Below, piece by piece: positions 25,301-38,761 of a stretch of 64,000 bases of DNA. The stretch comes from Eledone cirrhosa (lineage: Eukaryota): NCBI GenBank assembly GCA_964016885.1, contig OZ024742.1, forward strand, positions 72,354,001-72,418,000, written 5' to 3'. How positions within the stretch are numbered: the stretch's first letter is position 1; each line of letters starts with the position of its first letter. Position numbers and translations under genes: made by a program. Below the pieces are notes generated by a model. It worked only from the letters and a program-made list of their open reading frames with translations. It was not told where the DNA came from and searched no databases.

Positions 25301-28300
25301 CTGCAGCTAAACGACCTAAGTCGATCTCCTGGGATGACGAGATGGAGCTGATTGGCAAACGTGAAAATACGTCTGCAGCTACGTTATGCGAGCCAGCAAT
25401 GTGCTGGATATCGTTTGTAAATTGTGAAACGTAGTCCAGGTGCCTTGTCTCTCTGGGCGAATATCTGTCAGCTTTAGCCCTCAAAGCGAAGGTCAACGGT
25501 TTGTGGTCGGTAAAAACTGTAAAATTTCTCCCCTCAAGAATATGAGAGAAATGTTTCACCGACAGATATATGGCTAATAATTCCCGCCCAAACGTGCTGT
25601 AACGCGTTTCTGCTGGTTTCAGCTTCCTCGAGAAAAATGCCAAAGGTTGTTGGTTTTCAGCGTAGGACTGCTGTAAAACTGCTCCCACAGCGGTATCAGA
25701 TGCATCAACACAAAGCGAAAGCTTGGCCTCTGGTACCGGGTGGGCTAGCAAAGATGAACTAACCAGTGCTGTCTTGGCAGTCTGGAAGTCTTGAAGCTGT
25801 CCTTGTGTCAAGGAAATATCCTCATTCTTCTTACGACGATTTTTTTAAATGTCAGTAAGGGAAGATAGCAAATTAGCACAATGAGGAACGAAACGCCTAT
25901 AGAAATTGATTAGGCCTAAGAAGTGACGCAACTGGTGAAGTATAGTAGGCGGAGGTAACTCCTGTATGGCTTGAACTCGCTGAAGGAGCGGCCTAATACC
26001 TTCGGCGTCGATGAGGTGGCCCAAAAAATTTAGGGAAGTGGAACCGAAAACACACTTTGCTGGATTCACACGAACGCGGTAATCCTGAAGTCGCCGAAAT
26101 AAGAGATGCATGTGGCGCATATGCTCTTCCGGGGAGGAACTAGCGACGAGAATATTGTCTATGTAAGCATAAACGAAGTCCAGACTACGAGTGACCTCGT
26201 CTATGAACCGCTGAAAAGTGCTAGCGGCGTTCCAGAGTCCGAAAGGCATGGTCAAAAATTCGAAGGATCCGAAAGGGGTTGTAATCGCCGTTTTCGGAAT
26301 ATCCTCCTACCTGACCGGAATTTGGTGGTAGGCTCGCACTAAATCTAGCTTTGAAAAAATCTTACACCCCTGCAGTAAAGATGCAAAATCCTGGAGATGG
26401 GGAATGGGATACCTATCCGGGACGGTCATGGCATTTAACCTCCTATAATCCCCAGTGGGTCTCCAGTCGCCGGAAGTCTTGGGAACCATGTGTAACGGTG
26501 AAGCCCAAGGACTCATAGATGGGCTGCCTTTAATTTGTCCGCCGGTAAGCGGCGTGGACGCGAAAACACTGGAGCACCGGTGGTGGAAACGAAATGTTCG
26601 GTTGAGTGTGTTGGCTCAGTGACTCGAAAATTTCCATCGGTGAGCTCCGGGAAAGAACCCAGCAACGAATGGTAGGCGTCTCCAGCGGCAGCGATAAAGA
26701 ACACAGGGCTGACTATTGGAGCATTGGCTTCCTGGCCATGAATTGAAAAACCGGTGATGTTATCCACCAGGCGTTGGCCACGGACGTCCACAATCAAAGA
26801 GAAGTTGTGTAGGAAATCCGCTCCTAAGATGGGGTATGGCAAATCGGCAACCGTAAAAATCCACTTAAAATCCCTACGAAGATTTAGGAATTTGAGAGGA
26901 AGCGAGATTTGCCCGTACGTCTTTATAGACGAGTGGTTAACTGCCTGCAGCGTAACAGATGACTCTATGGGGGTATATTTCAGGCAATGGACCGGCCAAA
27001 TACTACAGGCGGAAACCTCTTCCCGACATTAGGTTCTTAATGAAGAAATGGCGGTTTGGTGGCTTTATGTTGAGGTCAACTGTCCCCATCAGCGGACCTC
27101 TTAGGTGTTTCCCGCCTTGTGAAACGAGCAAGGTTGCACGCAGTAGTTCGCGCTCTCAGCAAATCACTCGTGGTACCAGCATAAAGATGAAGCTGGTGAT
27201 TTTGAAAGACGTCTAAAACTTTGCGATCTCCCGCGACTGCTGGGGCGCGAACAGGCACCACACAAAGCCTTCATCTTGTGGAGCTCTATGGTGGGTTCCT
27301 GAATAGACTTTTGCATCGCCATAATGGTTGAGCTGTCTATTGGCGCTGCCGCGTAGATGGCATGACCAAGTGTGGCCCGAGCTGTGTGGTGAACAGCGGC
27401 AAGGGGTTTGCTGCTTCCGGCACTCGTCACTTCGAAAACTTTGTCCGCAGAGGCGGCAAGCTGATCAACCGTGCTTGTATCCCTCATGGGGGCCAAAATT
27501 GCCTGTACGTTGGTCGGCAGGTGTGAGAAGAACAACTGCTTCAGCAGGGCAGTTTCCGCTACCGACCCCTCCGTTAGGTCCTTCATTCGCCTTAGGAGGT
27601 TCGATGGGGGTGCCATCCCCTATATGCTCCAGATGGACCAAAGCCCTAAACCTTTTTTCTGAAGACTGTTCTGTCCGGCTGAGTATTTCAGCCTTCAGAG
27701 ACGTGTACGTCGAGTCTGTGGGTGTCTCTAACACCAGGACGTTGTAGTGCCTCGTCAACTCTGTTTGCCTCGAAAAATGCTTCGAGTTGGGCGAACTATA
27801 GCTTTACGTCGCCCGTGTACGTTGGCAGAACAGAGTGAGAAGCCATTGGTATACCGTAGGTAATTTACCAAGAACAAAAAAAAAATAATAATAATAATCG
27901 TCTCCGTTTGGGAAAATGTCTCCAACACAACAGAAAAGGAAAACAAAATCGCTTATTTTTCTGTCAAACAACTGGACCGGAAAAATAATGCATCCGGGAC
28001 AATATGCAAAGAAGCGACTAACTGAATGATGTTATTACTAAGGTAAGGGCAAGGAACTTAAAACAAAATCCAACATGGCAGACTATTTCGCGCCAAAAAC
28101 ACTAATGATGGAGAAGGAAGCCTCCATCTTGTCATCCTCAAAATGTTTAGCCAGAGAAGAGAAGAGAAGAGCAGAAAAGGAGAGAAAAAAAAGGCAAAAA
28201 CATTCATACAATTGCTGTTTGTTTGTGTGTCAATAACTGTAGGTGTTTGTTTTGTTCTTCTTCTTTCTTCTCTTTTTTTTTTTATATACACCTTATACTA

Positions 28301-28835
28301 TTTCCCATTTTTTTTTTTTTTTTAAATCACGTCGGGGGTACCACTTTAGGAGATTAGTATCGGTGTACATATATGCATTATCAGAAATGACAATAAATGC
28401 TGGTGTGTGTTGTGACAAGGTTTTTACTTCACAGAAGTCAAATGGATTAATATAAATAAATGGTTACCCGTTGGTCACAACTCCTAGGCTGAAGTGTGTG
28501 GAGAAGAACAGAGATCTTCTCTTGGAGGTGTTAACATCTTCTTAGGCTGCCGGTGGCATTCTTCTTTAGTGGCGAAGGAAATGGGGGAGGAATTCTTCTT
28601 CTTGATGGCGAAGGAAATGAGAGAGGAGTCATCTCATGACAAGGTCGCAGGTGTTGTTAACACTTTGGGATTCAGGAGGCGAGAGAGTGAGATCGCCCTG
28701 ACCTGTCCCTTTTATAGGGTCCGGACGGAAGTGACAAAAAGGGTTCTGCCACCCCAACGGGAAGTAACTCCAGCTACTTCCTGTCTAGAGAGCGGTGATG
28801 TGATTGTCATAACAAGGGAGGCAACTCTTGCTACA
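22333..28835 (-). mobile_element. Full-length but mutated Gypsy/Ty3 LTR retrotransposon
   Basis: LTRs at 28345-28835 and 22333-22820 differ by about 7 substitutions and one 3-bp indel. TSD GGGT (22329-22332 / 28836-28839). PBS TGGTACCCCCGACGTGATTT (tRNA-Trp-like) at 28324-28343; PPT at 22821-22834. Gag ~27164-27870, protease [23 protein letters not shown], RNase H and integrase (HHCC, GPY) in Gypsy order, with frameshifts. Confidence 0.96.
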
Positions 28836-29130
28836 GGGTCATCAGTCAGACCTACTGGCTGTTATCCAATGGGCAGAAAAGAACAATATGCTGTTGAATG
28901 AGGATAAGTTTGAGTTAATCCACTTTGGAAAAAAGGATGCCCTGAAACTCCTATACTCTCTTCCTTCAGATGAAACTCTCGTGGCATCCAGCAACATCGG
29001 AGACTTGGGAGTAATTGTGAACAACAACATAAGCTGGGCCACTCATATAAACAGCAAAGTTGACATGGCCCGCAGAATGTGTTCCTGGATTCTCAGAACC
29101 TTCCAGTCGAGAGATATCCACACTATTATC

Positions 29131-29781
29131 TTTAGCAGGATATAAATAATGATCTTAATATTTGTATTTGTATCAACAGAGGTCACCAATATACCAGACA
29201 TTTAATAGTCAACCATTTAGCTGTTAAATAATATTATGCCATGTAATAATAATAATGATGTATTTTGTTGTAACAGGAAAGGTATGGTTTGTTATATCAA
29301 TAAATGTAAGTTGAATTGAGGTTCGGCTGTAAGTTCTGTTGTTGCTGTGATAATAACTCTGGAAAGAATCTTTCCATACCACATTTAAAGGCTATGCTGT
29401 GGTAATAGCATCACAAGAATTTACAATGTTTTTACATATTTTATTTACAAACCGATTAGAAAGGTTGAGCTGGCATTCCAAAAGAAATGAATAAACAAAT
29501 TAAGAGTTTAGAAGGTATGGTCAACTGGCTGAGGAATTAGGCAGGCCGCATTTATATTATTGCCATTACATATTGGATAGTGGTCAACGGCAAAAGAAAA
29601 ATAGTGTTTACCTTTCCATGATCAAAGCTGCAAGAGAACAAGTTTATCAAAAGTAGAGGGAAAATCTTAATTTAGGCGAAAGTTGAAAATACATATCCTT
29701 GCGCGGCTCATGATTAGCCTGACTTAGCCAAATCATGCACGAATAGCCTATCAATGAACCAAAGGAAAGTAGCTTGCTACA
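29131..29781 (-). mobile_element. Solo LTR with 4-bp TSD
   Basis: A 651-bp insert interrupts the CR1 reading frame. It is flanked by TATC on both sides (29127-29130, 29782-29785) and has minus-strand termini TGTAGCAAG...CCTGCTAAA. Confidence 0.85.
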
Positions 29782-30389
29782 TATCCTTCTTTTCTCCACT
29801 TTTTCCCGACCTCCTCTTGAATACTGTTGTCCACTGTGGTCTCCCCACACGAAACAAAGTATCATGAAAGTTGAAGCACCCCAAAGATCAATTACAAAAA
29901 AGATAGATGGCATGACAGGCCTTGACTATTGGAGTCGGTTAGAAAAGCTCAACCTTTATTCTTTCCAACGTCGTCATTAGCGCTACATTATCTGCATGAT
30001 GTGGAAAATATTCTATCAGCTTTGCCCAAATGATGTTGGCATCACTTTCCAAGGGTTGGGCCTTGCGCTATCCGCCCACGACAAAAATCTCACTCATATC
30101 TCATAACAACAATACGGCTCAATTATTTCACCTCAATTGGCCCCGTTTTCTTTAACATTACACCAAAACACATTAAAACAGAAACAGACCCCATCAAGTT
30201 CAAGAAGTCTTTGGACAAATTCCTTCAAGAAATCCCAGATAAACCTCCTACACCCGGATATGTCTCCGTAAATAATAACTCTCTACTTGAGTGGGCCATG
30301 GTGCCCAAATCCTGATTTGAAAGACTTCGCCAGGGGGTGCTATTAAGTTAGACATGGCCTGGGCCAATACTGGCCAAAACCTATCAAAG

Positions 30390-30427
<38 letters not shown>

Positions 30428-30741
30428 GTATATATACATATATGTATATATATATACATGAGCAACAACATAGTGTATCAGTGTGAAATTACAACAAACT
30501 ATCATTGTCAAGGTAGACGAGGAGAAGGAGAGGTTGGGATATGACTGGTATATCTGTTGATACAGAGAACAATAGTTGATAAGAAAATTACTAACATCTT
30601 ATGTTAGATATTATTACATGCCATATCACACCACAGATAGTGAGAATGTTTATATATCATTACCATCAATACTCAATACCATACCAATAATTTCCAAGTA
30701 CCTGTAGACATCAAATATAAATTATTTCTCAGTAATGAAAA

Positions 30742-32665
30742 TAATTGTTTCTACTTTTGGCACAAGGCCAGCAATTATTCCAGTGTATTACTGGTACTTT
30801 ATTTTATCGACTCCGTAAGGATGAAAGGCAAAGTTAACCTCAGCGGGATTTGAACTCAATCTGTAAAGGGACGTAACTGTGCTGCAAAGCATGGCGTCCG
30901 ACCCTCTACCGATACTGCCAATAATGAAAATAATGAATGAAAGACAGGTAGATCTAAAACTTCCAGGGTGCTTCCCATTCTTCCTTCTCCGTGTTCTGCA
31001 AAATAAGTCTTTTCTTATGGGTTTGGAGGTCAGATTCGTTAAAAACACAAAAAAAGTACGAGAAAATGTTATTGTAAAGCAAACTCCCTCCATCTTTCCC
31101 CCTCCGTTATCTTTTTAAAACAAATCATTTCCGATAAGTTTTAAGTCAGATTCATTGAAAATAGAGGAAAAGGAAAAGAAAAAGAAAGATTTCCCATCGA
31201 ATGCGAGGCAGGTGTGAATCTATAAATTACCAAAACAAATAACACAAAATGCATGAGAAAACATGCCACAAGAAAAAACATTGGAGTTTCCCTCAAATAA
31301 TTTTTAGGCAAGCCAAAACAGCAAGGCTGGAATGATCAAGTATCACCTGCTACGTCGGTAAGGTGAGCAGCCAACAATGACAAGAACCTTGTTGTCAGAG
31401 TATATAGTTTGTCGATAATTCCTAGTGTGTCATAATATGACTTCTAACATTCATATAAAGCTAGAAAAGCCAGATTTCTTGGTTGACTTACTTGACTAAC
31501 AACCATGATCAATTTTGCCTTTCCTCCTCTGAGTTCAATAAAATAAAATACCAGTCAAGTATTGAGGTTGATTTACCAACCTCAATACTCCTCCTCACAA
31601 ATTTCTGACCTTATCCCTATGTTAGAAACGAATAATACTGAGGTCAACTTTGCCCTTTATCTGTCCAGGGTTGATAAAATAAAGTACCAGTCAAGTACTG
31701 AGGCTGATTTAATCAGCTCAGCTTGCCCTTCCCCCAAATTTTCTGGCCTAAATTAAATTCATTATTACTGCCATTCTGAGTTTGAATCCCGCCTAGGTTA
31801 ACTTTGCCTTTCATCCTTACAAGGTCGACAAAATAAAGTACCAGTAATACACTGGTTAATTGCTGGCCTTGTGCCAAAAGTAGAAATAATTATTACTACA
31901 TACTCTCAGATTTTTAATAAAATTTCATTTATGTTCTGAATTCAAACCCAAATATATTCAAGAATAGGGCTAAATTTCAAAACAACAGACCCTTCTTAAC
32001 ACCACTTTATAGTTCATACTGGGTGCTTTTTATGGAGGCCCCAATAATGATAATTTGGAATTGACATAAAGTTATTACCCCAATTAATTAGGGATAGTGG
32101 CAAGAGGTTTAAAAGGTTGATTGAAGATGTTGGATATGAAGGTGAATTTCCCAACTCTTTAGAAAAGTACAAGATAACTGAGGCTGCAAGATACAGCTTA
32201 TCTAGCATCTAATACAGATGATTGAACAGTAAAATGCTGAGTGAAAGAAAGATATGATTAAATTATGCTTAACTGGATCAGCTAGAATTATCCAGGAAGT
32301 CCTTGACACTAGCAAAAACAGCAATAATAATTATTATTTCTACTATAAGCACAAGGCCAGAAATTTTTGGGAAGGGGAAAGTTGATTAAGTCGGTCAGTG
32401 CATTACTGGTACTTTATTTTATCAACCCTGTAAGGATGAAAAGCAAAGCTAATCTCAGCGGAATAATAATAATAATAATTGTTTCTACTTTAGGCACAAG
32501 GCCAGCAATTACCCAGTGCATTACTGGTACTTTATTTTATCGACCCCGTAAGGATGAAAGGCAAAGTCAACCTCGGCGGGATTTGAACTCAGATCATAAA
32601 GGGACGTAACTATGCTGGAAAGCATGGCGTCCGACCCTCTACCGATACTGCCAATCCACCGCCCT
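30742..32665. mobile_element. Cluster of tRNA-derived SINEs (30742-30922 -, ~31500-31895 +, 32330-32665 -)
   Basis: Repeated GAGTTCAAATCCCGCCGAGGT..ACTTTGCCTTTCATCCTTAC..GTCGATAAAATAAAGTACCAGTAAT core with a B box. A further copy is at 62202-62382. Confidence 0.8.
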
Positions 32666-32689
32666 TAATAAAATGGGAATTAAAAAGGA

Positions 32690-32855
32690 TTTGCGACCGT
32701 CATGAGATCAAGGTCATCTTGTTTGTCATAGGAACACTAGGTACTATCAAGAATGGTTAAAGAAAATTAGTCCAGCCCCCTTTTTTTGGAACACTTCAAA
32801 AGGCGTGCTTGCTGGGAACAGCAAGAACCCTCCGATACATCATGAATATCTGAGG
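32690..32855 (+). pseudogene. 3' fragment of an RLE-type (R4/Dong-like) non-LTR element
   Basis: Translates as VIGTLGTIKNG...LQKACLLGTARTLRYIMNI*, a typical C-terminus of R4/Dong RLE proteins. Confidence 0.55.
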
Positions 32856-34913
32856 CTGCAGGTAGTGGCTTGATTTTCATTTGAACAAACTTTCCAGTTA
32901 AATAACATCAATGATTGAGACTCCAAAAATAATAATAATAATAATTTTTGTACATAATCAAAATAAAGCAATATTTATTCAGAGGATTGCAGAAATATTC
33001 TCAAGTACATATAAAAATCTAGTTTCTTCTCCTTCTCATTGTCAAGCCCTAACTACAAAACTAAAATATCAAAGGTTGCTCTTAAGGAGACAATATCACA
33101 ATACTTTGCTAAAATGCAATTTGAAAATGGCCAGACACAGTATCATCCAGACACTTCTCGCCATATAATAAAAATAATTCCATTAACAACATGGCTGATA
33201 AAGAAAATAAGTAAAGGGATGTAACTATATGCCACAAAGTATGTTGTCTAGCACTCTACCAATGCTGCCAATCCACTGCCTTATAAACCTAATATTATTA
33301 ACTAACAACTTTATATAAACATAATATTATCTATTAATGCTATAATTATATTTATAATTTAAGTTATGATCCCGGAAGGTCCCACACAGGTACTTACACG
33401 TGACACAAATGTACACCCCTGAAAATGTTCCTTGCCAGAATTACCTGAAATCTATAAACCAACAACAATAAAACCAAATACACTAAATATCTAAATTTAA
33501 TTATCTATGTTCTATGATCTGTTTGGAATATCCCATTTGGTTTTCTTATGACTAGCTTATTCTATTATTTTAACCCTCACAACTTAGTATAACATATGAC
33601 AACTAATTAATAGAATAATTAATCCAATAGTGTTAACCTGATCTGTCCTCGCTACAAACAATAATTTCTCTTATATATGTAACCAGTAACTTCTCATTAA
33701 GCCTGTAATTTAGTTTCTTTTCTTGAATCTTCCTCTTCCACTACACAAGTATTGGTTTTTATCCTAAATATAAATCATTTCTTCATACATATACATATAT
33801 ATATATATATATAGCAAAACCATTTAATGCCTGCTTTCCCTGCTAGCAAGAGTCAGACCAAGTCAGTACTGAAGTGGGGCTACTGATCTAGCAGACAGGC
33901 TGAGGGGTCTGTATCTTGGTTACCTATGATCATATCAAATGCAGAGAAGTTGTCTTGTCTTTTGACACAAATTGGAGGGTCCTCCCAACCCTTGTTTGGC
34001 AAACTTTCCATGGTTGACTGTCCTTCCTAACACCAACCACCTTACAGCATGTACTGGGTGCAGTTATCGTGTAGGTCACCAACACTAGAGGAGTTGAATC
34101 TTTGACACAACTAAAGGGTCCTCTCAAGCCTTTTAGGCATGGTTTCTACAGCAGGATGCCCTTCCTGTTACCAACCATCCATCAGAGTGTACCAGGCGCA
34201 TTTTCATGGCATCATCACTGTTGTCAGATTGTTGGTTATAGACCCAATTGTAGAGCCCTCTTAGCTCTGGGGAGGGGGAAATAGGGGAGGGAGATAGGTA
34301 TGAAGTTATACATATTCCTCTATTCACCATTGTTCTTTATTACATCTGCCTGAGACCACATGGTGAAATTCACATATGATCCAGCATCTACAACTATATC
34401 TGATTATAGACTGACCTATACAACAAAAAGAACATCTTTATTAAGGAACAATAAATAAAATACACAATAAAGAGATAGCTAAGAAAACACTGGAGTAGAT
34501 AGGAAATACACTTGAGAGTTATTACATATATATGATGACTGACAACTCAGCCAATAAGATGAAACAACAACATATGCATAAATCAAAGTCAAAAGTAAAG
34601 CAATTAAAGTAAACACCCATCATCCATTCAGGGATAATTTTGAATCAACCACAAAACATCAGCCACGTTTACTGACACTGAGAGATAGCTGCTTACTATG
34701 AACTACTTCCCATGATGGATTAACTCGGAACGTAACATATTAGGTAGCTTCGGTCCAAATGTCCCCAACATTATGTAATTCTATATATTTCTCATTAACC
34801 AGCTGTCTGATTAAGGCTTGTTCGCCTAAAGACATATTTGGAAATGTGCCTAATGGCAATTTATTGAATTAAAATATGAAAAAATAGCAACCAGTAATCA
34901 TATATATATATAT

Positions 34914-36286
34914 ATATTGTTATACTTGGGGAGGGTCATATTTGTGTAATATTGCCAGAATTAATAACAGAACACACTCACTGTTTGGTTGGTTTTCGCT
35001 TTTCGCTTCTGTGTCTTTTATATCGGTCAATTTAATTTATTCGGTCCTCAATGTTGCCATTGACTGACCAACGGTAAAAAATAATACAGATACAATATAG
35101 ACACAAACACATATATATAGTTTATCAAAGTTCTTTCGTTGCACATCTGCAACATCGTCAGTGGTGCTATTGTTTCCTCCCGTTGCATTGTATGTCTATG
35201 CCATCTTTATTTAGTCTGTTTATATATTTATTTATTTGTTTATTTTTTTGTCTTCTTTGCACATGCGTTTGCGTGTGTGTATAGTGTTTTGTTTGATGTG
35301 TGTTCGTGTTTGGGTGACTGTATTGGTTAATGTATTCTATCTTTATTAGTGTGTGTTTATATGTGTTTGTTGTTATTGTGCTTGTGTATGTATTTATTTA
35401 CTTATCTATTTATTTATACTTCTCTTAGGTCAGTGTTGTTGTTATTCCATTCATTTTTTCTGTTTAGCCTTGGCCTTCTAAGTTCTATTTCACTGGCCTC
35501 TCTGATTTGCCTATCTGCTGGGTCATTTCTATGCTTAGATATTATTCTAATTTCTATATTGTCTATGTTACCGCCGTGTTGTTGTCTGGCATGAACTATA
35601 CGAACATGCCAGACAACAACACGACGGTAATATAAACAACCTAGAAATTAGAATAATATTTAAACATAGAAATGACCCAGCAGATAGGCAAATCAGAGAG
35701 GCCAGTGAAATAGAACTTAGAAGGGCAAGGCTAAACAGAAAAAATGAATGGAATAACAACACTGACCTAAGAGAAGTATAAATAAATAAATAAAAAAATA
35801 AATAGATAAATAAATAAATACATACACAAGCACAACAACAAACACATATAAACACACACTAGTAAAGATAGAATACATTAACCAATACAGTCACCCAAAC
35901 ACGAACACACATCAAACAAAACACTATACACACACGCAAACGCATGCGCAAAGAAGACAAAAAAATAAACAAATAAATAAATATATAAACAGACTAAATA
36001 AAGATGGCGTAGACATACAATGCAATGGGAGGAAACAATAGCACCACTGACGATGTTGCAGATGTGCAACGAAAGAACTTTGATAAACTATATATATGTG
36101 TTTGTGTCTATATTGTATCTGTATTATTTTTTACCGTTGGTCAGTCAATGGCAACATTGAGGACCGAATAAATTAAATTGACCGATATAAAAGACACAGA
36201 AGCGAAAACCAACCAAACATTGAGTGGGTTCTGTTATTAATTCTGGCAATATTACACAAATATGACCCTCCCCAAGTATAACAATA
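34914..36286. repeat. 1.37-kb foldback palindrome (two ~680-bp inverted arms, 11-nt spacer)
   Basis: Arms 34914-35593 and 35605-36286 are near-perfect reverse complements. The centre is GTCTGGCATG-AACTATACGAA-CATGCCAGAC. The ORF track shows mirrored ORFs (35139+ and 35878-). Confidence 0.95.
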
Positions 36287-36627
36287 TTTGTTTCGACACA
36301 CGATTTCATATCAAAAACCTCGCAAAACTATATATATATATATATATAAAACAATGAATGTCTGTGTATTTGTTTCCCTAAAACTCGAGTACTGCCCAAC
36401 CGTTTTTTTTCAAACCTTACACATGTAATACTTATGGTCCTATTGAGTGTTCTGAGCAAAAAAAAATTCTAATTTTCAATGCCCTAGGGACCGCATTAGG
36501 CGATTTAGTGATCTTTCTCTTTTTAGATAGATACATAGATATGACGTCGAGCCTTCATAATATCTGTCTGTATGCCTGGCTGTCTGCATTACAACATTAT
36601 GACGCACTCAGTGTGTGTATATATGTA

Positions 36628-38705
36628 TGGGAGAAAGACAGTCTCCCCCATGTCGACCCAATAGAGGGACCAGCAGTGTTAGTCGAGGGGAGTATAATAA
36701 GTAAGGCAATCAAGGATATGAAGACAGGTAAGGCGGCTGGGCCTTCGGAAATAGTTGCTGAGATGCTGAAGGCATCTGGCACGGTGGGACACACCATGGT
36801 CACCCGCATAGTTAACCAAGTCGTACAGAATGGGGCTGTTCCGAAGGACTGGCATAGCAGCATCATCGTTAACTGTTATAAGGGTAAAGGAGACGCCCTA
36901 GATAGGAGTAACTATAGAGGCATTAAATTAATCGACCAGGTCATGAAGGTCACAGAAAAAGTAATAGCGCAACTAATCAGAGAGAGAATTGACCTAGATG
37001 AAATGCAGTTCGGGTTTGTGTCAGGCAAAAGTACCACAGACGCTCTTTTCATAGTACGACAACTACAGGAGAAGTACCTAGCTAAAGGTAAACCCCTCTA
37101 CTTAGCTTTTGTCGACTTGGAGAAAGCCTTCGACAGAGTCCCCCGCTCCATTATCTGGTGGGCTCTTAGAAAACTAGGCGTTGACGAATGGCTTGTGAGG
37201 GCTATACAAGCCATGTATAAAGAAACAGTCAGCAAGGTTAGAATTAACAACGAATATAGTGAAGAGTTTAGCGTAAAAGTTGGCGTCCATCAGGGCTCTG
37301 TTCTCAGCCCCCTACTATTTATTATTGCCCTTCAGGCTATAACAGAGGAGTTCAAGACAGGCTGCCCATGGGAACTCCTATACGCAGACGACCTGACACT
37401 CATAGCGGAATCAATGGCCGAGCTAGAGAAGAAATTCCAAACATGGAAGCACGGCCTAGAGTCAAAAGGACTTAAAATTAACCTGGCTAAGACCAAAGTT
37501 CTAGTTTGTAGGAAAGAAAACAAGGCGGCGGTCCCTTCTGGGAAATGGTCGTGCTCGGTGTGTAGGAAAGGCGTAGGTAGAAACTCCATTTTGTGTCCTA
37601 AATGCAAAGTATGGGTGCATAAAAGATGTAGTGGGATCACAGGTAAGCTAACTAAGAACATAGATTTTACATGTGGCCGGTGTTCTGGTGCAATAAGTAG
37701 CAGCAAGTGCCCACACAATACTAGCTCTTTCAATTGCGCAGAGGGTTCTATAGAAATAGTGGACAGCTTCCGTTACCTGGGCGATAAAATCAGCAGTGGG
37801 GGAGGGTGCTCTGAAAGTACTGTAGCTAGAGTCAGAACTGGTTGGAAAAAGTTCAGAGAGCTTATACCACTATTAGCTGCTAAAGGGTTCTCCCTAAAAA
37901 TGAAAGGCAGGTTGTACGATGCCTGCATACGAACAGCAATGTTGCATGGCAGTGAGACCTGGGCATTGTGTGCAGAGGATATACGCAGACTAGAGAGGAA
38001 CGAAGCTTGCATGCTCCGCTGGATGTGTAACAGTAATATACGTGAACGGCAAAGCATAAACGAACTAAGGAAAAAATTAGAGATAAGAGGGATCAGATGT
38101 TGTTTACTCGAGAGAAGGCTACGTTGGTATGGACACGTGATGCGCATGAAAGTCGATAGCTGTATAACAAAGTGCAGGGCAATAAAGATAGACGGTAGCC
38201 ACGGAATAGGCAGACCTAGAAAAACCTGGGACGAGCTGATAAACTCCGACCTCACACACTTACACCTCTCCAAGACAATGTCACTGGACCGAGACCTTTG
38301 GCGGTACTCAGTAACAGAGAAGACCCGCCTTGCCAGTAGGCATCTCTAACAAAATACACCCCGTCCCACCACCACCACCCCCACCCCATCCACACCACCC
38401 CGTCCTATGTAAAGTTATGTTGGTGCCGCGCCATCCGGGCCGAAACAAATGAGATCGTGTAGGTGTCACGACAAAAAAACACACAGTCCACGCTGTAATG
38501 TGGCCGTGTAGGCAACACGGTAAAAACCTCCCAGACCCACACTGTAAATGTGGTTGGTGTTAGGAAGGGCATCCAACTGTAGAAAACCTGCCAGACAGTC
38601 CTATGCGAGCAAGACAATCACTCTTGCCTCAAGTGGGACTACCCCCGTCCAAACCCATGCAAGCGTGGAACACGGACGTTAAACGTTGATGATGATGATG
38701 ATGAT
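36628..38705 (+). mobile_element. 5'-truncated RTE-clade LINE with uninterrupted RT ORF
   Basis: ORF to 38349 with NYRGIKL, QFGF, FVDLEKAFDRV, GVHQGSVLSPLLF, LLYADDL and a post-RT PHD-like C4HC3 finger (CSVC..CPKC..HKRC..CGRC). The 3' UTR ends in (GAT)n. Confidence 0.93.
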
Positions 38706-38706
38706 A

Positions 38707-38760
<54 letters not shown>

Positions 38761-38761
<1 letters not shown>

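Larger units (their letters stand above)
22225..30392 (+). mobile_element. 5'-truncated CR1/L2-type LINE split by two LTR insertions (pieces 22225-22332, 28836-29130, 29782-30392)
   Basis: GTVLGPLLFIIHIND..IFAGDS continues after the Gypsy as QSDLLAVIQWAEKNNMLLNEDKF, then after the solo LTR as RPPLEYCCPLWSP..YWSRLEKLNLYS. Confidence 0.88.

Noticed and set aside
30840-30920. tRNA gene
   Set aside because: Only A/B-box-like SINE heads; no full cloverleaf.
36045-36080. Hammerhead-like CTGACGA-T-GTTGCA-loop-TGCAAC-GAAA in the foldback arm
   Set aside because: No stem III/UH or stem I partner can be formed locally, and the arm would pair with its mirror.
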